DNA of 63,251 bases, counting the filler, from Globobulimina sp. (taxonomy: Eukaryota): the NCBI GenBank assembly GCA_003354225.1. It is 55 parts of 55 records of this genome, joined end to end, with 100 filler letters (N's around TTAATTAATTAA, not from the genome) between each part and the next. Parts side by side here need not be neighbours in the genome. Positions count along the whole stretch, not along the records: positions 21,902 to 22,953 come from PIVH01024783.1; positions 23,054 to 24,105 come from PIVH01024784.1; positions 24,206 to 25,257 come from PIVH01024785.1; positions 25,358 to 26,409 come from PIVH01024786.1; positions 26,510 to 27,561 come from PIVH01024787.1; positions 27,662 to 28,713 come from PIVH01024788.1; positions 28,814 to 29,865 come from PIVH01024789.1; positions 29,966 to 31,017 come from PIVH01024790.1; 47 more parts are not named here. One strand, written 5' to 3'. The notes below the pieces were generated by a model. It was given only the letters and a program-made list of their open reading frames with translations. It did no database searches and was not told the DNA's origin. Position 1 is the stretch's first letter, and the number at the start of each line of letters is the position of its first letter. The position numbers and the translations under genes were made by a program. Positions 22,233 through 33,423 of the stretch are shown one piece after another.

Positions 22233-22953
22233 TTCATATTTACTAATTGCTAATATTTAATATTTTATGAGGTATGGAACACGAGTGGACCATGCTGTTG
22301 TCATAAGGTTTTCGTTGTTTTTTATTTATCTAAATCTAATTTCCAACCAATAATTTGGATAGCATGAATTTGAGTAAACAATCGGGAGAGACTATAATTG
22401 AGACTTTGCTGAATTATATTGAGAGTGCTTCACATATAAACGACTTGGATGGGTTACTTCAAATCACTCCGTTAGAAACCATTAAATCATGTTTACAGAA
22501 TCATGTTACATATTTACAAAACCAATTAAATATGTCATCAAACAGCAACAACAAAGTTTATGACAATCCACGATGTTCATCGCAATACAATAAACTTCGG
22601 CATTTAGCGATATCTATTTCTCCGATTACAGATATTTTGCCACACGATATTATGAAATATGTATTGTCTTTTATTACAACTAAAACATTTTGTGATAATA
22701 AAGAAACAAACAGATATTATACATTTTTACCAGTACTTTCGAAACAATTTCAATTCATAATGAATGATGCTTATTTTTATGATTCTAAATATCCATTATA
22801 TATCCATGACAATCCTATCAAAAAAGTACGGAAATCCAAAAAAAACAAAAACGAATCCTATGATCCGTCTGCTATTCATATTTACTAATTGCTAATATTT
22901 AATATTTTATGAGGTATGGAACACGAGTGGACCATGCTGTTGTCATAAGGTTT
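22233..22953 (+). repeat. Exact 79-nt direct repeat (22233-22311 and 22875-22953), second copy ending at the contig end
   Basis: Identical TTCATATTTACTAATTGC...GTCATAAGGTTT copies 642 nt apart. Confidence 0.95.
22355..22888 (+). CDS. Hypothetical protein with an F-box-like motif, truncated by the repeat
   Basis: ITDILPHDIMKYVLSFI...LPVLSKQF. Confidence 0.45.
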   Translation: MDSMNLSKQSGETIIETLLNYIESASHINDLDGLLQITPLETIKSCLQNHVTYLQNQLNMSSNSNNKVYDNPRCSSQYNKLRHLAISISPITDILPHDIMKYVLSFITTKTFCDNKETNRYYTFLPVLSKQFQFIMNDAYFYDSKYPLYIHDNPIKKVRKSKKNKNESYDPSAIHIY

Positions 22954-24205
22954 NNNNNNNNNNNNNNNNNNNNNNNNNNNNNNNNNNNNNNNNNNNNTTA
23001 ATTAATTAANNNNNNNNNNNNNNNNNNNNNNNNNNNNNNNNNNNNNNNNNNNNTTCTGTAATATTGTAGATGAGAAGTCATTTGATCCTCCATTCCAGGA
23101 CGATCATCGAAACGCATGGTTCTTTTGATCTCGCTAAACACACTTGCCTCACTTGTCTCAGTCTTCGCTATCATGTAATGGAGGCGAGTCAATTCATGAA
23201 ATTCAAATAAAGCTGACATACAGCTATGAAGGTCGACATGTATATCTAGACAAAAAAGAATGTATTATTATTAGTTTATCTCCTCAAGCAGGTTACACCC
23301 CCAGGCCGGCCGACCAACCACGGCTATGGTAGAACAGTGGAAGTGGGTCACTTTAATTATAGAAAAATCCACATAAATAATCAATTAAACATACAAGAGA
23401 TGAATAGATGAAGTCCTGGAGTATTTCTGGCTATAATTAAATCTACATCAGAAGGGACATTATCTGACGAAGTGACAGAGACAATATGTAGCAAAGAAGA
23501 ATTGGTGGCCACATCCAATAACAATGTTTGCAACTCGTTATGACCTGAATGAAAGCATAAATTTTGAAATAATATTCGAAATCTAACAAAAATTGTTTTT
23601 TTTTACCAATAACATCAGTGACAATAACTTCTGTGAGGAACTTTGTATGTGCCACCAGTTTCAATAAATCATGACGAAATTGGACAGTCAGCTTCACATT
23701 TTCACATTCTATGCGGATAACGTTTTCCTCGACAATATGATGAAGTATTTCGGCCATTTCTACTGAACAAAGTGCCAAAGATCCAGTTAATGAGCCCACA
23801 TGAACGCCGCCACTTATCAGTCTCTGTATATGGGCTGAAAAGCAAAGTAAAAGTTTTGCTTTGTTTTGTATCAATCGCTCTAAACAGGTACGGAATAAAT
23901 AACATTGGAGATGATATGGGATGAAGGGAGGAACCAGGATCAAAACCAGTCAAGTATAACTAGAATATTGCATTAACTGATGTAACATGCAAGTAAATGA
24001 TGAAAGATGCATGAATAATTGTGTGCAGTATAGATTACATATCATAATACATCACAATCACTCACAATGTAATCGCAATGCATTTTTCCTTCCAGAAATG
24101 AGGTTNNNNNNNNNNNNNNNNNNNNNNNNNNNNNNNNNNNNNNNNNNNNTTAATTAATTAANNNNNNNNNNNNNNNNNNNNNNNNNNNNNNNNNNNNNNN
24201 NNNNN

Positions 24206-25136
24206 CATACGTCCGCAAAATATGATATTTCCACTGTTCCTCACAAAACAAATAACTGTCTCCAAACACACATTGAATGCCATAATTATGGCAATTCTCT
24301 GCATTGACACCATACAAAAATGCATATATATGAGTTGCGATTAACACACTCATAAATTGGAAATGATGCCATTCAGTCTCGAAATCATCAGCTTCGTAGT
24401 AATAAAAATCAAATAAGCCATCGCATATTACACTGAACACACTGATGTTATCTGCGTTGTTTGACTTTAATATCAAATCTGTCTCAGCCTGTCTTCGATT
24501 TGTAATATCGACAATAAATAGTCCCTCTGTTGGATATCTGTACAACTTTGAAATGTCAACGTTGACAATGTCTGCGTTCCCATTCAACGCAGAATAACCA
24601 GAATCTGTCCTTATTTCAACAGTATTATTCTCAGAAATATCTAAAATTGTGCCAGAACGCACAAATCCCGCATTTTCAACACAATATTGAACGTGCTCTC
24701 CGTTGCTGTATTGGGACTGAATGAGAATGGATGGAATGTGTATGAGTTGGTTGTCCGATGTCGCATTGATAACATTCATGGCTTCCCACAATGTGTCGAA
24801 AATTGTGAGTGTGAAATTGAACGACATTGAATACGATAATAAATACAAAGGGAGTTTGAGAGTAAACTCATTTTGGTGGTTAATGTTATGAGTTCCAAAT
24901 TTGATGCTTTTCCATGCAATGTCCGATAATTCCGATTTGAGACTGGTTTTAAATTTAAATAAGTACGACACGGAAAGTTCGTAATCTTTGTTGAATTTTC
25001 CGGTTTGTTCGTAATGCGCATATAATGAGTCGATGTTTGCTATTTCAACGCATAACATTCCATTTACAACCTTGGAATACTTTAATATTGGTATCAATGC
25101 CACAGGTTTTTGTGTGGACAAATGTGTAGTTGCCAT
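24206..25136 (-). CDS. Hypothetical protein, 3' truncated
   Basis: About 310-codon ATG-initiated open frame in AT-rich DNA; no recognised family. Confidence 0.6.
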
Positions 25137-25757
25137 GGTCTGGATTGGCTATGCCCAACTAAGTGATTTTCGAGACCGTTACATTTCATGTCTCCAATGT
25201 CTACACTTGTCTTTTAGATTGGCGATCCTAAATATGATTCTCATTAATGAATTTCGTNNNNNNNNNNNNNNNNNNNNNNNNNNNNNNNNNNNNNNNNNNN
25301 NTTAATTAATTAANNNNNNNNNNNNNNNNNNNNNNNNNNNNNNNNNNNNNNNNNNNNCTATCTTGATTTCATTCTGATGGTCCAGGACAGGTGACAGGGG
25401 TCCGGTCCTGGCGTGCGTGAGGCTACTTACACGCGCCAGAATATTACCACTTTCACACGAACTAAAAATGATAATATTTGAACTACCGAACCATGGCTAA
25501 ATTAGACATACTAATCCATTGATTTATGTTAAATATTCGTGGCGTGTCGAGCGATGTTGATGTATATTCGTATCGTATCGTGGGATAAATATCTTTCCAT
25601 CACGACGTACTGTTTTCTAAAGCTACTATCTAGTCGCTAGCTAGCTACTAGAGAGATACACAACATTACACATCATATTACCGGGGTATCACCCCCATTA
25701 CATACATGCGTGATGTGTAACTTCTAACATCGACCCAGGACGACAAATAATACAACA

Positions 25758-26389
25758 TCATCATTGATCTGTCAATGGGAAAATGAATGCGTTGAAAAAG
25801 CAGGTAATAAAATAACATTTATTAAATATCATGGTCGTGGGAGAGATACCAATGTTGAAACATATATTTCGTATAATGAGTAAAGAAAACGGAAAAGGTT
25901 GAATATTTGTTTTGTATTACTATTTTTGAAACGGTGTATTACTATTTGTTTTCTGCAATTGATAGATACAAAATGAAAACCACACAAAAACAGTTTGCTA
26001 GTTTTTCAGTAAGTAACCAAATATTGAAAATTGTACACAGACTCAAAGCATATACTGCATAAAATCGAATGGAATCGTATAATATTGGATGAATCGCATA
26101 ATATAAAAAATTCAAATTGTCATTACGTGCTCGAAATAAATGGTGCCTAACAGGTACACCGTTTACTACAAAATTAAGAGATATAGAAAATCAATTATTA
26201 TTTGTCGGACTTCCATCTGATTATCTCTGCAAATTAAATTTAAAAACAATATCAAAATTGTTCGAAACCAAAACTAAATCAACTAATGATATGTCAATGA
26301 AACACCAATCTGTGCCGTTAATGAATGTAATCAAAACGAAGAAAAAAAAGAAGATATATTTTTTATTGAATTTGAGCCAAACGAATTAA
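25758..26389 (+). pseudogene. SNF2-family (RAD5/RAD16-like) helicase fragment with frameshift/deletion
   Basis: SLICQWENE...KYHG (motif Ia), IEWNRIILDESHNIKN (motif II) and, in a shifted frame, ARNKWCLTGTP (motif III). Confidence 0.8.
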
Positions 26390-28183
26390 AATATTATAAT
26401 AAATTATTGNNNNNNNNNNNNNNNNNNNNNNNNNNNNNNNNNNNNNNNNNNNNTTAATTAATTAANNNNNNNNNNNNNNNNNNNNNNNNNNNNNNNNNNN
26501 NNNNNNNNNATTGAAATTAACATCGAATAAGGGTCTATCGCCCCAATGATCAAAATTTCTATGTACGGATATATGTAGTCATATGTACGGAATATGATCA
26601 TCAAAATTGATATGTACAGATATATGTAATCATACCATGATGTAATACAAAAAAATAAGTAAAAATTTACTTCAAAATTTTTTGTTGAATCATTTTTTGT
26701 CGTATCGAATAATATTCCTCCGTACACCTGAATGCATAAATATCTTAATCAAGTGTAGTTCCAGAGAAAGTCGTTGCACTAATTCTCAAGGGCGGTGGCC
26801 GGATGTGGAAATTAATTCATCAGAATTTTGCAAGAGATCCTGAGACAGGCCCTGGTGCAAGAGATCCGGGAGGAGAAAGTTTTTTAAGTAAAGTTTAAAT
26901 AAGTTATGTTGATATAATAACACAATATATCAACCAACTAACACAATAAAAAGAACAATCTAACCCAATAAAATACATATTAACAGTTTATATGGTTGTG
27001 ATTTGTCAACCAAATAAAAAGAAATATAAAATATATCAAACAATCATAAAAAATAAAAGAAAAAGGTTGTATATTTTTATTGTTAATAATTTAATTCATT
27101 AATATGACACTTGATAGTTTTCTATTTATCTTATTGCAAATTGTTAATTTAATGTCCAATAAACATTTAAAATATCCCGAATATATTTGTCATCATCGAA
27201 GAATCTATTTGTTATTTTCTTAAAATAGATTGTTTTAATTTGCTTTTCCTGTTTATGTTTCTTTGTTAAATATAATAATTTCTGTTTATCGATAAATTTA
27301 AATGGATTCTCTGAGTTGCAAATAAATTCAATAATTAATTTTTCTTGTTTTAATTTGAATTTTTCATTGATTCTATTTAAATATTTTAATCTGTGTTTAT
27401 ATTCCAATTTAAATTTATTTTTAATTAATCGTATTTGCATAATAAATTATGATGTGATAATCTATGATCTATTTCTTCGTCGTTTAGTACGATTGATCGG
27501 AAAGATTCCGATGCGTAAACTCCTTGAAAATGGTCCAATGAATTATTTGAGATATTATCTANNNNNNNNNNNNNNNNNNNNNNNNNNNNNNNNNNNNNNN
27601 NNNNNTTAATTAATTAANNNNNNNNNNNNNNNNNNNNNNNNNNNNNNNNNNNNNNNNNNNNCATCGTCAGTACAATCCACATCAATCCATCCTTCAATAT
27701 ATTGTTCCAGATATAGCTCAAACTTCAAAAAATAATTTATCCTCACACAATACGTATTATATGTCCTTTCCGTTTCAATAATACAAATCATTACTTTGGA
27801 TTTATAATACATTACGAACTTCTAAAGTATACAAATACAATAATGATACATTTCACTGATAATATACATATTATTTATAACGTACAATCAAGCAGATCAT
27901 TTCCGCCAACTAACTCTGTGCAGCGACCCATCAAATGCATATTGCAATTTGTGTACTTATGGATTATAGCACAAGATCGAAGCTTGAATTGTGTACATGA
28001 TTGAATACAAGTTATACATAACTCACACCAATCATAAATTGTCACAGTACAAAATTCAATCGATATCAATATCAAACAATATTTAAATAGTCTCAAACCG
28101 GAAGGAATATAATCCAAATATTACCCCATTAAATTACAAAAACACATAAAAAACAACAAGAAAAACACAAATCATATAATATT

Positions 28184-28711
28184 TCATACAATGACACATA
28201 CAGCCAAACAATTTCGTTTTTCAACCTCTTGATTGAGAGAAGGAAATACAAATTGGTTTACATCAAAGTTGGCAGATTTATTCTTTTGATCATGATATGA
28301 CTGTTTTAATAAATCAACAATTTCAGCTTGAATAATTTTGGACGATTTAAAAGCAAATCCTTTTAAAGATTCATTAAATTCCTTTTTTATTTCAATTTTC
28401 GTATATTTATCATCTTTGGGCGGCGGACCAATATGCTGTTGCTGTTCCGCATATATTTCATCATAAACGGGAACAAAGGGCGGCTTCAAAAAGCCCGATT
28501 GTAACAAGCCCCAATCAATAGCATCAAAAAACGGATGTTGTTTAATTTCGTCATATCCATTGCATCCCAGTCTATTTTGTGAGTTTTTTTGTAACAAACC
28601 ACGACATAAATTTCTACTTTTTGCGGTAAACCGCGACGAATCAAAAGGTGGATTAATTTCAACCACGTTGCGATCCAATTCGACGGAATGATTCGCGTTC
28701 CTTTTATTGCC
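28184..28711 (-). CDS. GRK-like AGC kinase C-terminal region ending in a CaaX motif (CVIV), 5' truncated
   Basis: LCRGLLQK...RLGC...IKQHPFFDAIDWGLLQSGFLKPPFVP...EIYA...IQAEIV; terminal CVIV-stop. Confidence 0.75.
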   Translation of the reverse strand, partial: GNKRNANHSVELDRNVVEINPPFDSSRFTAKSRNLCRGLLQKNSQNRLGCNGYDEIKQHPFFDAIDWGLLQSGFLKPPFVPVYDEIYAEQQQHIGPPPKDDKYTKIEIKKEFNESLKGFAFKSSKIIQAEIVDLLKQSYHDQKNKSANFDVNQFVFPSLNQEVEKRNCLAVCVIV

Positions 28712-28977
28712 AANNNNNNNNNNNNNNNNNNNNNNNNNNNNNNNNNNNNNNNNNNNNTTAATTAATTAANNNNNNNNNNNNNNNNNNNNNNNNNNNNNNN
28801 NNNNNNNNNNNNNAATATTTTATGAGGAATATATTCAACCATTTAAATGTATCCAATTGTTCAATCACGCAAATTTGACAGTATTGGCATATCAAATAAA
28901 GTCTACAATGCAATGAATGACATGAAATGAACCTCAAATATGATATGAGCGTACTATTATTTTAAAGTGATTCAAAC

Positions 28978-29084
28978 TTAAATATCCAATCCGGTAAATT
29001 TGTGCATACCAAATCTAATGGAAAGCAAAAGGTGAATACTATTCACATTTGTTATGCACAAAATTACACGGATTTGGTATTTAA
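28978..29084. mobile_element. Small MITE-like fold-back with ~37-nt imperfect terminal inverted repeats
   Basis: 28978-29014 pairs with 29047-29084; TTAA at both outer ends; inner hairpin GTGAATA-C-TATTCAC. Confidence 0.55.
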
Positions 29085-29388
29085 TTAATGTAAAATGGCA
29101 TCTGAATTGTCATTGGACAAGGACTGCATTACTAAGTTTACTTTGCTTTTTTTTACTTGTTTTGGGTTGTTTGGTTTTGTTTAGTTTCTTTTGCGTATGT
29201 GATAGATCTCGAGCTTATGAGGATTTGTGAGCTTGTTATCTTCCCACCGGATTCTTCTGAAACCGTTTTTTGTTGATTTGTATTTATCATTGTACTACAG
29301 TATAAGGAATTAAATTAAATCTTACAGCTTTGGTGTCCTACCCCCTCTTGGAAAAAAAAAAAATTGACTCAGAGTTTTGCAATAAATC

Positions 29389-29865
29389 ATGTCCTCGTGT
29401 TGGAAGTGTGTGTCTTGTGGTTTGGAAAATGATTGCAGTGCAACAAAATGCAAAGAATGTTTTCGTATTTGTCCTATCATTTCAAATAAGAATAATAAAG
29501 AATTATTAGTGTTTGGTTTTGTAAGACTATATCACAATGCTTATATTCCTGATACAATCGTTGTATTAATGGGACTGTGGGTATGGGTTCGTGATACATT
29601 CAATGAACATGACTCTGACAAGGGTTTGATTTTCCAATCATTCGCATACAATACAAATATGACATATGAGACTGTGCGAAGGCAATCTGGTACTGATTGG
29701 GTTCAGTATAAAACTGCTATTGGCACCGATGTACTTAGCAAAGGACAGAAACAAATATGGAAGTTTCAAATTTTGCAAGGATGCCCTGATCCAACTATTG
29801 TGGTTGGAATTATTGGGGATGAATATCTTAAATCAGTTGTTAAACAAACATTTATTGGCAGATTT
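29389..29865 (+). CDS. RanBP2-type zinc finger protein with a downstream SPRY/B30.2-like region, 3' truncated
   Basis: WKCVSCGLEN...KCKEC (W-x-C-x2-C-x3-N-x6-C-x2-C); LVFGFVR; GQKQIWKFQI...IVVGII. Confidence 0.7.
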
Positions 29866-30901
29866 NNNNNNNNNNNNNNNNNNNNNNNNNNNNNNNNNNN
29901 NNNNNNNNNTTAATTAATTAANNNNNNNNNNNNNNNNNNNNNNNNNNNNNNNNNNNNNNNNNNNNAATGAATAACATTCAAAAGCGGTGTATTTAGACTG
30001 ATAAAATCAGTCCGTACATGGCCTCACGCTCAACCTCTGCTCACTATTACGATATAAATATCTTTGTTCATCATCAAGAGTTTTAAGGCGGTTCATATCA
30101 AAACTTGTGATGAAGAATATTTCCTATAGAAATGATCCTGTACAAGTATTTCCTTAAAGGAACAAAAAACATAAAATATTCCATAAAAAAATTCACATTC
30201 TCATCAAATATTTACCATTGCACAAAATACAATTCTATTTATGGGAATCGAATCTCTCAAACTATAAAACCTCATTTGTTTATTATTGATATACTGTGAA
30301 TTCGGATTTGATTTGATTTGATTTGATTTGATTCAGTTTCTCAATGTTAATTCGTTCCGCAAAACATTCTAATGAATAATTCAAATAATAATCTGTTTTG
30401 ACTTTGTGTTGGATTTGCAAACTAATTCTATAAATTATAAAAAGTATAATTGTGATATGATATCGATGGGACGTAAAACTTACAATTATTTTTCAAAACA
30501 TTCTCCAAACAGATGTGTATATTTTATTGGTTTTGAATTTGTGATACAATTTGCATAACGGATACATAATAATTACAACAGTAATCCATAAAACAAATAG
30601 CATTTTCACTAAGTTTTGGTCAGATGCTACATGATTGAATGGTATAATTCTTGACATCGCTTCACTTTGCGATCAACATATACAAAGTTTAGATATGTAG
30701 TTCATTTTTGACCAGTTTGTTGTAGTAGTGACCAATCGCAATCATCAGTTTGTGAAAGTTTTGGGCAATATTAAACAACATCGCATTTATTGGGGAATAT
30801 TCAACAAAACAACTTTTATTTCAAATCCTCATTCTAATTCTAATTCATTCTCTGTTTTTTTGTCATTTATTATATATATCAAATCAAATCGATCATAAAT
30901 T

Positions 30902-31017
30902 ATGTCTGGAAAAGGAAAGCGAGGCAGAGGCAAAGGAAAAGGAAAAGGAAAACAAGTGTCCCGTTCAGCCAGAGCAGGTTTACAATTCCCAGTTGGTCGC
31001 TTAGCCCGTTATTTGCG
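30902..31017 (+). CDS. H2A: Histone H2A N-terminus, 3' truncated
   Basis: Manual translation [38 protein letters not shown] (AGLQFPVGR signature); absent from ORF track. Confidence 0.96.
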
Positions 31018-31117
31018 NNNNNNNNNNNNNNNNNNNNNNNNNNNNNNNNNNNNNNNNNNNNTTAATTAATTAANNNNNNNNNNNNNNNNNNNNNNNNNNN
31101 NNNNNNNNNNNNNNNNN

Positions 31118-31395
31118 ACAATGAGCGATGTTGTGCCAGCTTTAGGAGGACCGATAATTATTAGTGATGGAATGGACCGATAATTTTTATCTGACGATTG
31201 AGGCTCATTAATAATGAATTTCTGTTTGTGGTATGTTGTTTCGATTTGCATTGACTTATTTTCCTCCAGATTGTCATCGTTCAAATAAGCAATGATGAAG
31301 ATATTATCGTACATAAATAACACAGTGGTGATGGCAATGCATGCGAGTATTACAATTCTTGCATGAGACAATAAAAAACGTCGATGACGTGCCAT
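31118..31395 (-). CDS. Type II membrane sulfotransferase N-terminus, 3' truncated
   Basis: Basic N-tail, TM anchor, then PSLIIIGPPKAGTTSL (5'-PSB loop of PAPS-dependent sulfotransferases). Confidence 0.85.
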
Positions 31396-31418
31396 GGTTG
31401 AACACTAAAGATTTGAGT

Positions 31419-32165
31419 CTAAGCATCTGGCTGTATATCAGCTAAATATTGAGCTTGCGTGTGATTTACAGCACATCCAGAGTCAAAATACTGTGAACTA
31501 TTCACTGAGTCTAACCATACAGTCATATCGCTAAACAGTTGCTTATAAATAGCAGGATATTTATCAGTTACATTGGTGGTTTCAGTGGGATCATTCTCCA
31601 AATCATATAAGGCCGCAGCACATGTTTCATTTATGCAGCCATGGCTATGTACAACAATTTTAAATGTATTATTTGTCCATGCATGGCCCTCTCCAAATAT
31701 CCAACCCATTGCTTTCTCTCTGTCAACCACATTCAATGGGTCTTCAAACAGCGGCATCAATGACGCACCGTCAATTTCCCAGCTTGCTTTATCCGATGTT
31801 ACATTTAACAGATCCATAATGGTTGGCAATAAATCATATGTCACAATGGGATAACTCGAATTAAATCCTTCTGTATTTGCTATATAGCCATCAAACTGAA
31901 TGATAGTTGGTCCCCTTATCCCGCCCTCCCAAACATCTCTCTTTCTGCCACGTAAACCGTTTACTGAACCGGGCCAATCACTGTTACCATACGGACCGGC
32001 GAGGTTGCCTTCGGGGCCATTATCAGAAGTGAACCAAATCAATGTATCCTGCACCACATTATACTGCAACAACAAATCTCTGATATGTTTAATTTGCACA
32101 TCCATTGAGGATAAAGCACCAAAATAATCCAACTGAGCTGAGGAATATGAAACAGAAGCCTCTGA
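31419..32165 (-). CDS. Arylsulfatase (S1 family) C-terminal half
   Basis: DTLIWFTSDNGP, LRGRKRDVWEGGIR, DLLPTIMDL, IDGASL, LYDLENDPTE. Confidence 0.9.
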   Translation of the reverse strand, partial: SEASVSYSSAQLDYFGALSSMDVQIKHIRDLLLQYNVVQDTLIWFTSDNGPEGNLAGPYGNSDWPGSVNGLRGRKRDVWEGGIRGPTIIQFDGYIANTEGFNSSYPIVTYDLLPTIMDLLNVTSDKASWEIDGASLMPLFEDPLNVVDREKAMGWIFGEGHAWTNNTFKIVVHSHGCINETCAAALYDLENDPTETTNVTDKYPAIYKQLFSDMTVWLDSVNSSQYFDSGCAVNHTQAQYLADIQPDA

Positions 32166-32278
32166 TCAANNNNNNNNNNNNNNNNNNNNNNNNNNNNNNN
32201 NNNNNNNNNNNNNTTAATTAATTAANNNNNNNNNNNNNNNNNNNNNNNNNNNNNNNNNNNNNNNNNNNNAAAATGGTA

Positions 32279-32371
32279 AACAAGAATGGTCTAGTGTTAC
32301 ATTTATGCAACACTGAACAAGAAAAAAACTTGTCTAGTGTTACATTTATGCAACACTAAACCATTCTTGTT
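32279..32371. repeat. 93-nt nested palindrome containing a 26-nt direct repeat
   Basis: GTCTAGTGTTACATTTATGCAACACT at 32289 and 32332, itself an imperfect palindrome; outer AACAAGAATGGT/ACCATTCTTGTT inverted pair. Confidence 0.8.
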
Positions 32372-33064
32372 CAATAAATGTCGTTAACGGGTCAAAAGGA
32401 GTGGAGTAATTCCACTTTTACTGGCCTTTTTTGGGTAAATTTTCTAATAAAAAAGGACACTGTGAATCGAATTTCTTGATTTGGAAATAGGACGGAAGCA
32501 TGTTTTTTCAGTGTAACAGTGTTTTTCTTTGGTACATCCTTCCATCAGCTCATAAAAAAGGGCGTCGCCCTCATTATTCTTTGAATTAAATCTGGTATGT
32601 CATTATTCTGCAAATCAATCCCACAAACAATCGTTTGATATGGAAAATAATCAAAATATAGTCTTATAACATATACAGTATTTATTAATTGGATGTAGGA
32701 ATTTTATTATTTTATTATTTTGTTTATTTTATTATTTTGGTGGTTTGGTGGTGTTGTGGAGGAGATAGCAATCGAAATAACATTGGATACGTACATAAGT
32801 ATTGATGGCGAATTCGTTTAGGAGGTTGAGACCACATCAAGTCGACTGTCCGATGATTGGCAATCAGGCAATGAATATATAGGAGGCAAATCAATTGTGT
32901 TTATGTAATGGAAAGAAAAAAAAGGAATGAAAAAAATAACTTGTTGCAAGGGGTTATATTTTTAGCCAAAACATTTTAAAAATTCGTTTTTTGCAGAGAA
33001 ACGCTGCATCTTTTTATCATTGCTTTTTTATAAATACTATGAAGTGCAAAGAGAGCAGTTTATT

Positions 33065-33253
33065 GATGACTAGCTCACTTCAAAAAAATCTTAATATCAG
33101 GGTTCTCACCTCATAGACGACAAATTTTTACCTTTATTGCATAGATTTGTCTCTTCTTTCATATGTCAGAATCCTGGAAACATCTATCCTTGCACTGTCG
33201 TCTATGAGGTGATAACCCTGATATTAAGATTTTCTTGAAGTGAGCTAGTCATC
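33065..33253. mobile_element. MITE, 189 bp, 58-bp TIRs, 7-bp target-site duplication GTTTATT
   Basis: 33065-33122 vs 33196-33253: 56/58 complementary; GTTTATT at 33058-33064 and 33254-33260; non-coding 73-nt core. Confidence 0.92.
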
Positions 33254-33423
33254 GTTTATTTTATAGTTACAAAGTAAAGATACAAAATTAAAAAGATTTC
33301 ATACCCATAATCCATCGATCCNNNNNNNNNNNNNNNNNNNNNNNNNNNNNNNNNNNNNNNNNNNNTTAATTAATTAANNNNNNNNNNNNNNNNNNNNNNN
33401 NNNNNNNNNNNNNNNNNNNNNCA

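Noticed and set aside
23054-24105. Possible multi-exon gene on the minus strand
   Set aside because: Exon-like pieces are present, but no consistent splice model or family could be supported
25439-25447. GAATATTAC as a CRESS-virus origin nonanucleotide
   Set aside because: It lies beside the hairpin rather than in its loop, and no Rep gene is present
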